This document shows positions 33,291 to 43,516 of a DNA stretch of 64,000 nt, in pieces (within the stretch, counting starts at the first letter, position 1; each line of letters opens with the position of its first letter). The stretch lies in assembly GCA_964291675.2 (NCBI GenBank), contig OZ219866.1, forward strand, positions 1,312,001 to 1,376,000, in the 5' to 3' direction. The DNA is from Alphaproteobacteria bacterium. Its GTDB lineage: Bacteria; Pseudomonadota; Alphaproteobacteria; MPNO01. The notes beneath the pieces were generated by a model. It had not been told where the DNA came from. It saw only the letters and a program-made list of their open reading frames with translations, and did not search any database. The translations under genes were made by a program, and so were the position numbers.

Positions 33291-33558
33291 AGCCCGCATT
33301 TCTCGCCCCTGTCACGGCCTGCGTCGCGCCCGGGCGTTCGTCCCGCCAGGAGCGGGCCGAAAAGCGTAGCAGGGACTACGGTCGAGGCCCGCGACGAAGC
33401 GGGCGGGCGCCCGGGCGCGACCCTTCGGGCGGCGCTGTCCGGCCGACAGGGTGCGCAGACGCGCTTGTCCGATGTCCCCGCATCGCGCCGCGCGCCTCTC
33501 CTGCCCTGTCGGCCGGACAGCGCCGCGCAGGCCATGACAGGGGCGAGACATGCGGGCT
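33291..33558. repeat. 268-bp multi-stem palindromic element with 33-bp terminal inverted arms
   Basis: 33291-33323 vs 33526-33558 (31/33 complementary); perfect 23-bp stem 33429-33451/33504-33526; perfect 13-bp stem 33324-33336/33408-33420. Confidence 0.85.
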
Positions 33559-34068
33559 AACCTGGAGCGGCTTTCGGGAACCGTCGGCGCCGGCGTTCGC
33601 CTGATGGCGGTCGTCGGCGGCGCGGTGCTGATGTGCCTGATGGCGCTCACCGTGGTCGCGGTGACGCTCAGGAAGTTCAACGATCCGATCCTCGGCACCC
33701 AGGACCTGTCGGAGGCCGGGCTCACCGTCGTCGTGTTCTTCGCCATGGCCTATTCCGGCTGGACCGGCGGGCATATCGCGGTCGACCTGATCGGCAACTT
33801 CGTTTCGGGGCGCAGGCTCGCCGCGCTGGATGCCTCGGTGCGCATCCTCTGCGGCCTGTTCTTCCTCGTCGTCGCCTGGCAGAGCCTCGCCCAGGGGCTC
33901 GACGCGCTGGAGTTCGGCGACGGGTTCAACCTGCTCGATATCCCGCATCACCCGTTCTACTTCGCGATCGCCTTCGGCTCGCTGGCGTTCGCCCTGGTCC
34001 TCGTCGTGCTCGGCCTGCGCGCGGCATTCGGCCTGCCCGAGATCGCAAGACGGAAGGCCGATGAGTAG
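33550..34068 (+). CDS. dctQ: TRAP small permease DctQ
   Basis: About 4 TM segments, LRKFNDPILG, GGHIAVDL. Confidence 0.9.
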   Translation: MRANLERLSGTVGAGVRLMAVVGGAVLMCLMALTVVAVTLRKFNDPILGTQDLSEAGLTVVVFFAMAYSGWTGGHIAVDLIGNFVSGRRLAALDASVRILCGLFFLVVAWQSLAQGLDALEFGDGFNLLDIPHHPFYFAIAFGSLAFALVLVVLGLRAAFGLPEIARRKADE

Positions 34069-35365
34069 CTCGCTGATCGGCGTGATCGGTATCCTCGCGC
34101 TGTTCGGCCTGCTCGCCATCCGTATGCCGGTCGGCATCGTCATGATGCTGGTCGGGTTCGTCGGCGTCGGGGTGATGAACGGCTGGCCGGCGGCGCTGGC
34201 GACGCTGGGCAGCGAGCCCTTCGTGATCGCGTCCAATTTCGAACTCATGATCATCCCGATGTTCGTGCTGATGGGGAACCTCGCCTCGATCTCGGGGATG
34301 AGCCGCGACCTTTACGGTGCCGCCTATGCCTGGTTCGGGCACTGGCGGGGCGGGCTCGCCTCGGCGACCATCGCCGCCTGCGCCGGGTTCGCGGCGCTGT
34401 CGGGCTCCTCGGTCGCCTCCGCGGTGACGATGGGCCGCGTCGCCCTGCCGGAGATGCGGCGCTACGACTACCACCCCCGCCTCGCCACCGGCGCGATTGC
34501 CGCCGGCGGCACGCTCGGCATCCTGATCCCGCCATCGACCGGGTTCGTGATCTACGCCATCCTGACCGAGGAATCGATCGGCCGGCTGTTTCTCGCGGGC
34601 GTCCTGCCGGGGCTGCTGCTGACCGCGCTGTTCATGGTGGCGATCGCGATCCAGACCCGCATCCGCCCGGTTCTCGGCCCGCCCGGCCCGGCGCTTCCGC
34701 TGGCCGGGCGGGTGCGGGCGACCGGGCGGGCGGGCGCGATGATCGGCATCGTCGCGGTCACCATCGGCGGCATCTATTCCGGCTTCTTCACCGCCGGCGA
34801 GGCCGCGGGCGTCGGCGCGTTTCTCGCCTTCCTGCTCGCGCTGGCGCGGCGCAGCGTCACGCCGGCCTCGCTCAACGTCACCCTGCTGGAGACCGTGCGC
34901 ACCAGCGCCTTCGCCTTCCTGATCCTGATCGGCGCGCATGTCTTCAACCCCTTCCTCGCGCTGACCCATATCCCGAGCGACCTCGCCGCACTCCTGATCG
35001 GCACCGAGCTTTCCCGGCTCGGCATCCTCGCCATCCTGCTGGCTGCGTTCATCGTGCTCGGCATGTTCCTCGAAGGCTTCGCGATCCTCGTCCTCACCCT
35101 GCCCATCGTGCATCCGCTGATCGTCGAGCTGGGCTACGACCCGATCTGGTTCGGCGTGCTGATGGTCATCGTGCTGGAGATGGGGCTGATCAGCCCGCCG
35201 GTCGGCGTCAACGTATTCGTCGTCAAAGGGATCGCCGAGGACGTGCCGATGCGCGACATCTTCATCGGCATCATGCCGTTCTGGGCGGCGATGCTGGCAT
35301 GTATGGTGCTGCTCGTCATGTTCCCCGAGATCGCGCTGTTCCTGCCCAACCGGATGATCCAGTAG
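34061..35365 (+). CDS. dctM: TRAP large permease DctM
   Basis: IPMFVLMG, SGSSVA, GTLGILIPPS, ISPPVGVN. Confidence 0.95.
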   Translation: MSSSLIGVIGILALFGLLAIRMPVGIVMMLVGFVGVGVMNGWPAALATLGSEPFVIASNFELMIIPMFVLMGNLASISGMSRDLYGAAYAWFGHWRGGLASATIAACAGFAALSGSSVASAVTMGRVALPEMRRYDYHPRLATGAIAAGGTLGILIPPSTGFVIYAILTEESIGRLFLAGVLPGLLLTALFMVAIAIQTRIRPVLGPPGPALPLAGRVRATGRAGAMIGIVAVTIGGIYSGFFTAGEAAGVGAFLAFLLALARRSVTPASLNVTLLETVRTSAFAFLILIGAHVFNPFLALTHIPSDLAALLIGTELSRLGILAILLAAFIVLGMFLEGFAILVLTLPIVHPLIVELGYDPIWFGVLMVIVLEMGLISPPVGVNVFVVKGIAEDVPMRDIFIGIMPFWAAMLACMVLLVMFPEIALFLPNRMIQ

Positions 35366-35395
35366 CGCGGCGGACCCCGAGAGAGAGGCATCGCA

Positions 35396-36733
35396 ATGAC
35401 CCGTCCCGAACCCCGTTCCTATTTCGCCGCGACCGCCGGCTTCGCGACCGGCGAGGACAGCCCGCGCGACTTCCTCGAACGCTGCATCGCGCGGATCGAG
35501 GCGGATGACGGAGAGGTCGGCGCCTTCGTCGCCGTCAACGCCGATGCCGCGCGCGCGGCCGCCGACGCGGCATCGGCGCGGTGGAAGGACGGGCGGGCGC
35601 GCTCCGCCATCGACGGCATGCCGGTCGGCATCAAGGACATCATGGAGACCGCCGACATGGCGACCGAGCAGGGCTCGCCGCTGTTCGCCGGCTGGCAGGG
35701 CGGGCGCGACGCGGCGGCGGTCGCGGCGCTGCGCGAGGCCGGCGCGGCGATCATCGGCAAGACGGTGACCACCGAGTTCGCCGCCACCCACCCGCGCGGC
35801 ACCCGCAACCCCTGGGATCTCGCGCGCACGCCGGGCGGGTCGTCGAGCGGGTCGGCCGCGGCGGTCGCCTGCGGCATGGTGCCGGCGGCGCTCGGCACCC
35901 AAGTGATCGGCTCCATCCTGCGCCCGTCGAGCTTTTGCGGGGTCTACGGCTTCAAGCCGAGCGTCGGCGGCATCAACCGGGGCGGCAGCTTCGATGTGTT
36001 CAGCCAGAGCTGCACCGGGACCATCGCCGCCACGCTCGACGAGACCTGGGTGGTGGCGCGCGAAATGTCCGCCCGCTGCGGCGGCGATCCCGGCTATCCC
36101 GGCCTGTCGGGGCCGAGCGTCCGTCCGGCGGCGCGGCGCCCCGGCCGCGTCGCGGTGCTGGAGACGGCGGGCTGGGAGGTCGCGGGCGACGCCGCGAAGG
36201 CGGAGCTCGCCTCGGTGCGCGGCCGGCTGGAGGCGGCGGGCATCGATTGCCTCGACCGCCGGTCGAGCGATGCGGTGGCGGCGGCCGAGGCGGCGATCGC
36301 CGATGCCGTCCCGCTGGCGCGCAGCGTCAACGCCTGGGAGACCCGCTGGCCGCTCAACACATACGCGCGGGACATGGACGCGGCGGGGCTGAGCGAGGTC
36401 TCGACCGAGCGCCTGGGCGAGGCCGAGGCGATGACGCAGGAGCAGTACCAGGGCCTGCTCGGGGACCGCGACCGGGCGCGCGCCGCCTGGGCGGCGCTCG
36501 CCGAGGAGTGCGAGATCTGCATCACCCTCGCCGCCGCCGGGCCGGCACCGGTCGGGCTCGGCTCGACCGGCGATCCGGTGTTCAACGTTCCCGCCTCGCT
36601 GCTCGGCATTCCAGCGGTCACGATGCCGGTGCTGGAGACCGACGGATTGCCGCTCGGCCTCCAGGCGATGGGATTCGCGAACCGGGACGCGGCGCTGTTC
36701 GCCGCCGCGGCAGGGCTGCTGACGGTGCTGTAG
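35396..36733 (+). CDS. Amidase-signature family enzyme
   Basis: GIKD, GKTVTTEFA, TRNPW, PGGSSSGS, GTQVIGSILRPSSFCG. Confidence 0.92.
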   Translation: MTRPEPRSYFAATAGFATGEDSPRDFLERCIARIEADDGEVGAFVAVNADAARAAADAASARWKDGRARSAIDGMPVGIKDIMETADMATEQGSPLFAGWQGGRDAAAVAALREAGAAIIGKTVTTEFAATHPRGTRNPWDLARTPGGSSSGSAAAVACGMVPAALGTQVIGSILRPSSFCGVYGFKPSVGGINRGGSFDVFSQSCTGTIAATLDETWVVAREMSARCGGDPGYPGLSGPSVRPAARRPGRVAVLETAGWEVAGDAAKAELASVRGRLEAAGIDCLDRRSSDAVAAAEAAIADAVPLARSVNAWETRWPLNTYARDMDAAGLSEVSTERLGEAEAMTQEQYQGLLGDRDRARAAWAALAEECEICITLAAAGPAPVGLGSTGDPVFNVPASLLGIPAVTMPVLETDGLPLGLQAMGFANRDAALFAAAAGLLTVL

Positions 36734-36735
36734 GG

Positions 36736-36844
36736 CGTCCCTCGATACGGTGCCGACGCGCCTGCTCGGGATGAGGGAGGTATCGGGCCACTCGGCACCC
36801 AACCTCATCCTGAGTAGCGCCCCAAGGGCGCGTATCGAAGGGCG
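36736..36844. repeat. Alphaproteobacterial REP/RIME-like palindromic element
   Basis: CGTCCCTCGATACG...CGTATCGAAGGGCG outer arms and CTCGGGATGAGG...CCTCATCCTGAG inner arms, between convergent amidase and lepA. Confidence 0.75.
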
Positions 36845-36846
36845 GC

Positions 36847-38649
36847 CTACTCGTCGCCGATGCGCAGCGCGTCGATGAACGCCGATTGCGGGATCTCGAC
36901 CTGGCCGAACTGGCGCATGCGCTTCTTGCCCTCCTTCTGGCGTTCGAGGAGCTTGCGCTTGCGGGTCACGTCGCCGCCATAGCACTTGGCGGTCACGTCC
37001 TTCCTGAGCGCGCTGATGGTCTCGCGCGCGATCACCTTGCCGCCGATCGCGGCTTGCAGCGGAACCTTGAAGAGCTGGCGCGGGATCAGATCCTTGAGCC
37101 GGATGCAGATCGCCCTTCCGCGCTGCTCCGACCGGCTGCGGTGGACGATCATCGACAGCGCGTCGACCGGCTCGGCGTTGACCAGGATGGCGAGCTTGAC
37201 GAGATCCCCCTCCGCGTAGCCTTCGAGCTGGTAGTCGAAGCTCGCATAGCCGCGGCTCACCGACTTGAGCCGGTCGTAGAAGTCGAACACCACCTCGTTG
37301 AGCGGCAGCCGGTAGACCACCATCGCCCGCCCGCCGACATAGGTGAGCTCGATCTGCGTGCCGCGGCGGTCCTCGCAGAGCGCGAGCACCGCGCCGAGGT
37401 AGTCGTCGGGCACCATGACCGTCGCCTTGATCCACGGCTCCTCGACCCTCCGTATCTGCACCGGGTCGGGCATGTCGGCCGGGTTGTGGACCTCCTCGAC
37501 CGCCCCGTCGCCGGTATGGACGCGATAGACCACGGACGGCGCGGTGGTGATCAGCTCAAGATCGAATTCGCGGGCGAGCCGTTCCTGGACGATCTCCAGA
37601 TGGAGCAGGCCGAGGAAGCCGCAGCGGAACCCGAAGCCGAGCGCGGCGGAAGTCTCGGGCTCGTAGTGGAAGCTCGAATCGTTGAGCCGCAGCCGGGCCA
37701 GGCTCTCGCGCAGATCCTCGTAATCCGCCGCATCGACCGGGAACAGCCCGCAGAACACCACCGGCACGGTCGGCCGGAAGCCCGGCAGCGGCGCCTCGGC
37801 GGGCCGGCGGTCCTCGGTGATGGTGTCGCCGATCCGCGTCTCGGCGACATGCTTGATGCTGGCGGTGATGAAGCCGATCTCGCCCGGCCCGAGGACGCCC
37901 GTCTCGGCGCGCTTGGGCGTGAAGACCCCGACCCGGTCGATCTGGTGCACCGCGCCGGTCGCCATCATGCGGATCTTCATGCCGCGCCTGAGCTCGCCGT
38001 GGCGCACCCGGACCAGGATGATCACGCCGAGATAGGCGTCGTACCAGGAGTCGACCAGCAGCGCGCTGAGCGGCGCCTCGCACTCGCCCTCCGGTGGCGG
38101 AAGGCGTGCGATCAGCGCCTCCAGCACGGCGTCGATCCCCTCCCCGGTCTTCGCCGAGACGGCGATGCAGTCCGCCGCCGCGAGGCCGATCACGTCCTCC
38201 ACCTGCGAGCGGATGCGCCCGGGCTCGGCAGCGGGAAGGTCGATCTTGTTGAGCACGGGGACGATCTCATGGTCCGCGTCGATCGCGAGATAGGCGTTGG
38301 CGAGCGTCTGCGCCTCCACCCCCTGCGTCGAGTCGACCAGCAGGATCGAGCCCTCGCAGGCGGCGAGCGATCGCGAGACCTCGTAGGTGAAGTCGACATG
38401 GCCGGGCGTGTCCATCAGGTTGAGCTGATAGGTCCTTCCGTCGCGCGCCTTGTAGGGCAGGCGCACGGTCTGCGCCTTGATGGTGATGCCGCGCTCGCGC
38501 TCCAGCTCCATGGTGTCGAGCAGCTGGTCGCGGAATTCCCGCTCTTCCACCCCGCCGCAGGTCAGGATCAGCCGGTCGGCCAGCGTCGACTTGCCGTGGT
38601 CGATATGGGCGATGATGGCGAAGTTGCGGATATGCGAGAGATCGGTCAT
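36847..38649 (-). CDS. lepA: Elongation factor 4
   Basis: [40 protein letters not shown]. Confidence 0.98.
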   Translation of the reverse strand: MTDLSHIRNFAIIAHIDHGKSTLADRLILTCGGVEEREFRDQLLDTMELERERGITIKAQTVRLPYKARDGRTYQLNLMDTPGHVDFTYEVSRSLAACEGSILLVDSTQGVEAQTLANAYLAIDADHEIVPVLNKIDLPAAEPGRIRSQVEDVIGLAAADCIAVSAKTGEGIDAVLEALIARLPPPEGECEAPLSALLVDSWYDAYLGVIILVRVRHGELRRGMKIRMMATGAVHQIDRVGVFTPKRAETGVLGPGEIGFITASIKHVAETRIGDTITEDRRPAEAPLPGFRPTVPVVFCGLFPVDAADYEDLRESLARLRLNDSSFHYEPETSAALGFGFRCGFLGLLHLEIVQERLAREFDLELITTAPSVVYRVHTGDGAVEEVHNPADMPDPVQIRRVEEPWIKATVMVPDDYLGAVLALCEDRRGTQIELTYVGGRAMVVYRLPLNEVVFDFYDRLKSVSRGYASFDYQLEGYAEGDLVKLAILVNAEPVDALSMIVHRSRSEQRGRAICIRLKDLIPRQLFKVPLQAAIGGKVIARETISALRKDVTAKCYGGDVTRKRKLLERQKEGKKRMRQFGQVEIPQSAFIDALRIGDE

Positions 38650-38654
38650 CCCGG

Positions 38655-41054
38655 TCAGCCTCGCAGCACGGCCCCCGTCGCCTTGGCGACCGCGGCGACG
38701 ATGCGCTCGCCGACCGCCTCGATCTCGGCATCGGTGAGCGTCGCCTCGCGCGGTTGCAGGGTGACGCAGAGCGCGACCGATTTCCTGTCCGCGCCGAGCT
38801 CGGGTCCGCGATAGACGTCGAACAGCGCCACGTCCGCGATCAGCGCCTTGTCGGCGCCGCGCGCCGCAGCGGCGAGCGCCGCGCCCGGCGTGGCCTCGTC
38901 GACCGCGAAGGCGAAGTCGCGCTCCACCGGCTGGAGCGCGGCGAGATGGAGCATCGGGCGCGATGCCCCCTTCCCCGCCCTGCGCGCGGGAACCGCGTCG
39001 AGCAGCACCTCGAAGGCAGAGGCCGGCCCGCGCAGGTCGAAGCGGTCCAGCACCGCGGGATGCACCTCGCCGAACCGGGCGAGCGGCTTGGGGCCGAGGG
39101 TGAGCGCGGCCGCGCGGCCCGGATGGGACCAGAGGGGCGCGTCGTCGCCGAGGCGGAGATTGTGCGCCGGCACGCCCGCCGCTTCGAGCGCGGCCAGCGC
39201 GTCCGCCTTGGCGTGATAGGCATCCACCCCGGCGCGGGTGCCGGACCAGTGCCGGGGCGCGGTGCCGCCGACGCGGAGCCCGCACGCGGCCTGGGACTGC
39301 CCGTCCCGTCCGGCGGCGTATTGCGGGCCGATCTCGAACAGGGCGATGTCGGCGATGCCGCGGGCGGCGTTGCGCGAAGCCGCCTCCAGCAACTTGGGCA
39401 GGATCGAGGGGCGCATATGCGCGAGCTCGACGCTGATCGGGTTGGCGAGGCGGAGCGACGGCGCGGCGCCGAACGCCTCGGCCTCGTCGCCCGCCATGAA
39501 GGAGAAGGTCACCGCCTCGGTCAGCCCGCGCGCCGCCAGCGCGCGCCGCACCCGGCCGCGCCGGGACTGGGACGGCGACCAGGCGGCGCCCGGAACCGCG
39601 GTCGCCGCGCGCAGCGGGACCGCGGGGATCGCATCGAAGCCGTTGATCCTGAGCACCTCCTCGACGAGGTCGGCCTCGCCCTCGACGTCGGGGCGCCAGG
39701 GCGGCACCGAGGCGGTCAGGCTGTCGCCGGCGTCCTCGATTTCAAAACCGAGGTCGCCGAGGATCCGCTGTGCCGCCCCGTCGTCGACCGCGACCCCGCC
39801 GAGCGTGGCGATGCGCGACTTGCGGAGCGCAATGTTGCGCCGGTGGGCGGGCATCTCCCCGGCCATGGTGAGCGCGCTCGCCTCGCCGCCGCAGATGTCG
39901 AGGATCAGCCGCGCGGCGATCTCCGCCCCCCACAGCGCCGAGGTCGGATCGACGCCGCGCTCGAAGCGGTAGCGGGCGTCCGAGACGATGCCGAGCTTGC
40001 GCCCGGTGGCGGCGGTGCGTACCGGATCGAACAGCGCGACCTCGAGGAACACGCTCGTCGTGTCGTCGCCGCAGCCGGTCGCCTCGCCCCCCATCACCCC
40101 GCCGATCGCGAGCGCGCCGGTGTCGTCGGCGATCACCGTCATCGACTCATCCAGGTCGTAGGTCCGCCCGTCGAGCGCGGCGACGCTCTCGCCGGGCCGG
40201 GCGAAACGCATGGTCGGATCGCCGGAGATCTTCTCGGCGTCGAACACGTGGAGCGGGCGCGCCAGATCGAAGGTGACGTAGTTGGTGATGTCGACCAGCG
40301 CCGAGATCGGCCTGAGCCCGATCGCGATCAGCCGGTCCCGCAGCCATTTCGGGCTCGGCCCGTTGCGCAGATTGCGGAAGGTCCGCCCGACGACGAACGG
40401 GCAGGCATCGCCGTCGCCGTCCGGGAGGTCGCGCCGCCAGGAGAGCGGGCTCTCGAACCCGCCCTCGACCGGGGCGGCGTCCAGCGGCCTGAGCCGCCCC
40501 ATCCCGGCGGCGGCGAGGTCGCGGGCGATGCCGCGCACGCCGGCGCAGTCCGGACGGTTCGGGGTGAGCCCGATCTCGATGACCGGGTCGCCGATGCCGA
40601 GCGCCTCGGCCGCCGGCATCCCCGCGGCGAAGTCGCCGGCGAGGTCGATGATTCCCTCGTGCTCGTCGGACAGGCCGAGCTCGCGCTCGGAACACAGCAT
40701 GCCGCTCGACCCGACGCCGCGGATCTTCGACTTCTTCAGCTTCGTCCCGGTACCCGGGATCGTGCATCCGGCGCGCGCGAACACCCCCTTCATGCCGGTC
40801 CGCGCGTTGGGCGCGCCGCAGACGACGTCGAAGCGCTCGCCGCCGCCGATCTCGACGGTGCAGACGCTGAGCCGGTCGGCGTTGGGGTGCGGCCCGGCCT
40901 CGATCACGTCGCCGACCACGAAATCGGCGAGCGCGGCGGCCGGATCGTCGACCGCCTCGACCTCCAGCCCGATCATCGACAGCCGCTCGGCGATCGCCTG
41001 CAGCGGGGCGTCGCTCTCGAGATGGTCGCGGAGCCAGGAGAGGGTGAACTTCAC
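38655..41054 (-). CDS. pheT: Phenylalanine-tRNA ligase beta subunit
   Basis: [35 protein letters not shown]. Confidence 0.97.
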   Translation of the reverse strand: MKFTLSWLRDHLESDAPLQAIAERLSMIGLEVEAVDDPAAALADFVVGDVIEAGPHPNADRLSVCTVEIGGGERFDVVCGAPNARTGMKGVFARAGCTIPGTGTKLKKSKIRGVGSSGMLCSERELGLSDEHEGIIDLAGDFAAGMPAAEALGIGDPVIEIGLTPNRPDCAGVRGIARDLAAAGMGRLRPLDAAPVEGGFESPLSWRRDLPDGDGDACPFVVGRTFRNLRNGPSPKWLRDRLIAIGLRPISALVDITNYVTFDLARPLHVFDAEKISGDPTMRFARPGESVAALDGRTYDLDESMTVIADDTGALAIGGVMGGEATGCGDDTTSVFLEVALFDPVRTAATGRKLGIVSDARYRFERGVDPTSALWGAEIAARLILDICGGEASALTMAGEMPAHRRNIALRKSRIATLGGVAVDDGAAQRILGDLGFEIEDAGDSLTASVPPWRPDVEGEADLVEEVLRINGFDAIPAVPLRAATAVPGAAWSPSQSRRGRVRRALAARGLTEAVTFSFMAGDEAEAFGAAPSLRLANPISVELAHMRPSILPKLLEAASRNAARGIADIALFEIGPQYAAGRDGQSQAACGLRVGGTAPRHWSGTRAGVDAYHAKADALAALEAAGVPAHNLRLGDDAPLWSHPGRAAALTLGPKPLARFGEVHPAVLDRFDLRGPASAFEVLLDAVPARRAGKGASRPMLHLAALQPVERDFAFAVDEATPGAALAAAARGADKALIADVALFDVYRGPELGADRKSVALCVTLQPREATLTDAEIEAVGERIVAAVAKATGAVLRG

Positions 41055-42124
41055 TGGGCGATCCCGGCGGCGACGTTCGGCATGTCGAGCGCCGAAAACC
41101 CGTAATGGCGGAGCCAGCGCAAATCGGAGTCGAAGAAGGTGCGGAGGTCGGGGATGCCGTATTTGAGCATCGCCACCCGCTCCACGCCCATCCCGAAGGC
41201 GAAGCCCTGGTAGCGCGCCGGATCGATGTCGCAGTTCTCCAGCACCTTCGGGTGGACCATGCCGGAGCCGAGGATTTCGAGCCAGTCGTCGCCGGCGCCG
41301 ATGGTGAGCCCGTCGGCCGACCGGCTGCAGCCGATATCGACCTCGGCCGACGGCTCGGTGAAGGGGAAGAAGCTCGGCCGGAAGCGCACCGGCAGGTCGT
41401 CGACGCCGAAGAACGCGCGGCAGAACTCGATCAGGCAGCCCTTGAGATGGCCCATATGGGTCTCTTCGTCGATCACCAGCCCCTCGACCTGGTGGAACAT
41501 CGGCGAGTGGGTGGCGTCGTGGTCGGCGCGGAAGGTGCGGCCCGGCACGACGATGCGGATCGGCGGCTTCTCGACCAGCATGGTGCGGATCTGCACCGGC
41601 GAGGTGTGGGTCCGCAGCAGCGCCCGCTCGCCGTCCTCGTCCGGCTCGAAATAGAACGTGTCGTGGTCCTGCCGGGCGGGGTGCTCGGGCGGGATGTTCA
41701 GCGCCGTGAAGTTGTGGAAGTCGTCCTCGATATCGGGGCCTTCGGCGACCGTGAAGCCCATCTGGCAGAAGATCGCCACGATCTCCTCGATCGCCTGGCT
41801 GATCGGGTGGATGCGCCCTTCCGGCTCCGGTCTCGGCGGCAGCGAGACGTCGATCCTCTCGCCGGCGAGCCGGGCGTCCAGCGCACCCTCCCGGAGCGCC
41901 TCGCGGCGCGCGTCGATCGCCTCGGCGACGGCGGATTTGAGCGCGTTCAGCGCCTGCCCGGCCGCCCTTCGGTCCTCGGGGGCGAGCGTGCCCAGCTGCT
42001 TCATCAGCGCGGTCACGCGTCCCCTGCGGCCGAGCGTCTCGACGCGCAGCGCTTCGAGGGAGTCGAGATCGGCCGCCGCGATCCGCGCGAGCAGGTCCGA
42101 CCGAAGCTGTTCGAGGTCGTCCAT
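41051..42124 (-). CDS. pheS: Phenylalanine-tRNA ligase alpha subunit
   Basis: [34 protein letters not shown]. Confidence 0.97.
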   Translation of the reverse strand: MDDLEQLRSDLLARIAAADLDSLEALRVETLGRRGRVTALMKQLGTLAPEDRRAAGQALNALKSAVAEAIDARREALREGALDARLAGERIDVSLPPRPEPEGRIHPISQAIEEIVAIFCQMGFTVAEGPDIEDDFHNFTALNIPPEHPARQDHDTFYFEPDEDGERALLRTHTSPVQIRTMLVEKPPIRIVVPGRTFRADHDATHSPMFHQVEGLVIDEETHMGHLKGCLIEFCRAFFGVDDLPVRFRPSFFPFTEPSAEVDIGCSRSADGLTIGAGDDWLEILGSGMVHPKVLENCDIDPARYQGFAFGMGVERVAMLKYGIPDLRTFFDSDLRWLRHYGFSALDMPNVAAGIAQ

Positions 42125-42158
42125 CCCTGGAGCCGCCGCCCGACGCGCCGCCGCCCGC

Positions 42159-42518
42159 CTAGTCCGCGAGCGCCGCCTGCGCCTGCTCGACGATCGCCCG
42201 GAACGCATCCGGTTCGTGCACCGCGAGATCGGCCAGCACCTTGCGGTCCACCTCGATCCCCGCCCGCTTCACGCCGTTCATGAACTGGGAATAGGTCAGG
42301 CCGTGCTGGCGGACGCCGGCGTTGATGCGCTGGATCCAGAGCGCGCGGAAGCTGCGCTTGCGGTTGCGGCGATCGCGATAGGCGTATTGCAGCCCCTTCT
42401 CGACGCGCTCGATGGCGACCCGGAAGCTGGTCCGGTTGCGCTCGCGGTAGCCGGCGGCCCGGCCGAGGACCTTCTTGTGCCGCGCATGGGCGGTGACGCC
42501 GCGCTTGACCCTGGACAT
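42159..42518 (-). CDS. rplT: 50S ribosomal protein L20
   Basis: [32 protein letters not shown]. Confidence 0.98.
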   Translation of the reverse strand: MSRVKRGVTAHARHKKVLGRAAGYRERNRTSFRVAIERVEKGLQYAYRDRRNRKRSFRALWIQRINAGVRQHGLTYSQFMNGVKRAGIEVDRKVLADLAVHEPDAFRAIVEQAQAALAD

Positions 42519-42528
42519 GGCGCGCTCC

Positions 42529-42726
42529 TCAGGCGTAGGGCAGGTAGGACTTCACCATCCTGGCGTCTTCCGGCGCCATGATTCGGGTCCCGCGCGCCTT
42601 GCGCTTCATCTTCTGCGTGCGCTTGCGCAGATTGTGCCGTTTGAAGGCGAAGTTCGACCGCATCTTGCCGGTCGCGGTGGTGCGAAACCGCTTCTTCGCC
42701 CCGCTCTTGGACTTGAGCTTGGGCAT
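42529..42726 (-). CDS. rpmI: 50S ribosomal protein L35
   Basis: [17 protein letters not shown]...LPYA. Confidence 0.97.
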   Translation of the reverse strand: MPKLKSKSGAKKRFRTTATGKMRSNFAFKRHNLRKRTQKMKRKARGTRIMAPEDARMVKSYLPYA

Positions 42727-42834
42727 TTCATCCTCCGTCTCGGGACGTGCAACGCGGACCGCCTCGGCATGCCCCGCGGTTCCGGATCCTCTCGGACCCG
42801 GCCGCTTCGCCGGACGATCCCAAACAGACGGCGG

Positions 42835-42863
42835 GTTATAGCGGCGCGCGGCGCGGCGCGCAA
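42835..42863 (-). promoter_or_regulatory. Sigma70-type promoter for rpmI-rplT
   Basis: TTGCGC-N17-TATAAC on the minus strand, about 100 nt upstream of rpmI. Confidence 0.6.
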
Positions 42864-42877
42864 GCAAGCTGCGGGCG

Positions 42878-43414
42878 CTATTTGGGCGCCATCACCATGA
42901 CCATTTGCCGGCCTTCCATCTTCGGAAGCTGCTCGACCTTGGCGAGCTCCCCGAGCTCGTCGCGCACCCGGAACAGCACCTTCAGCCCGAGATCCTGATG
43001 CGCCATCTCGCGGCCGCGGAAGCGCATGGTCACCTTGACCTTGTCGCCCTCGTCGAGGAAGCGCCGGATGAAGCGCATCTTGACGTCGTAGTCGTGCCGG
43101 TCGATCGCCGGGCGGAGCTTGATCTCCTTGACCTCGATCGTCTTCTGCTTCTTGCGGGCCTCGGTCCGCTTCTTCTGGTTCTCGTATTTGAGCTTGCCGT
43201 AATCGAGGATCTTGCAGACCGGCGGGTCGCTGTTGGGCGATACCTCGACGAGGTCGAGGCCGCGCTCTGCGGCAAGCTCGATCGCATCTGCGGTGGGAAA
43301 GACACCCAGCACGGTGCCGTTGCTGTCGACGACCCTGACGGCCTGAGCCCGGATCGCCTCGTTGACGCCGCGTTCTTCGCGAACCGGCGGCTCCATAATC
43401 GGGGGTCTTGCTAT
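42878..43414 (-). CDS. infC: Translation initiation factor IF-3 (probable ATA start)
   Basis: LDLVEVS, PPVCKILDYGK, VKEIKLRP, FRGRE; AAGGAG 8 nt before an in-frame ATA at 43414. Confidence 0.95.
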   Translation of the reverse strand: MARPPIMEPPVREERGVNEAIRAQAVRVVDSNGTVLGVFPTADAIELAAERGLDLVEVSPNSDPPVCKILDYGKLKYENQKKRTEARKKQKTIEVKEIKLRPAIDRHDYDVKMRFIRRFLDEGDKVKVTMRFRGREMAHQDLGLKVLFRVRDELGELAKVEQLPKMEGRQMVMVMAPK

Positions 43415-43516
43415 GGATGCATCTCCTTGGCTGTCGCGCGGGCCGGCACAGATGCGGCCCGCGCCACCCGGCGCGGGCCGTGCAATCGCTTCAACAGGTT
43501 TCGCTTACCGGTACAG

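Noticed and set aside
33926-37435. 1169-aa minus-strand ORF and other very long overlapping ORFs (50452-54276, 20608-23523, 26378-28987, 43563-46127)
   Set aside because: Shadow ORFs of high-GC genes: Arg/Gly/Pro-rich, no motifs, overlapping well-supported genes
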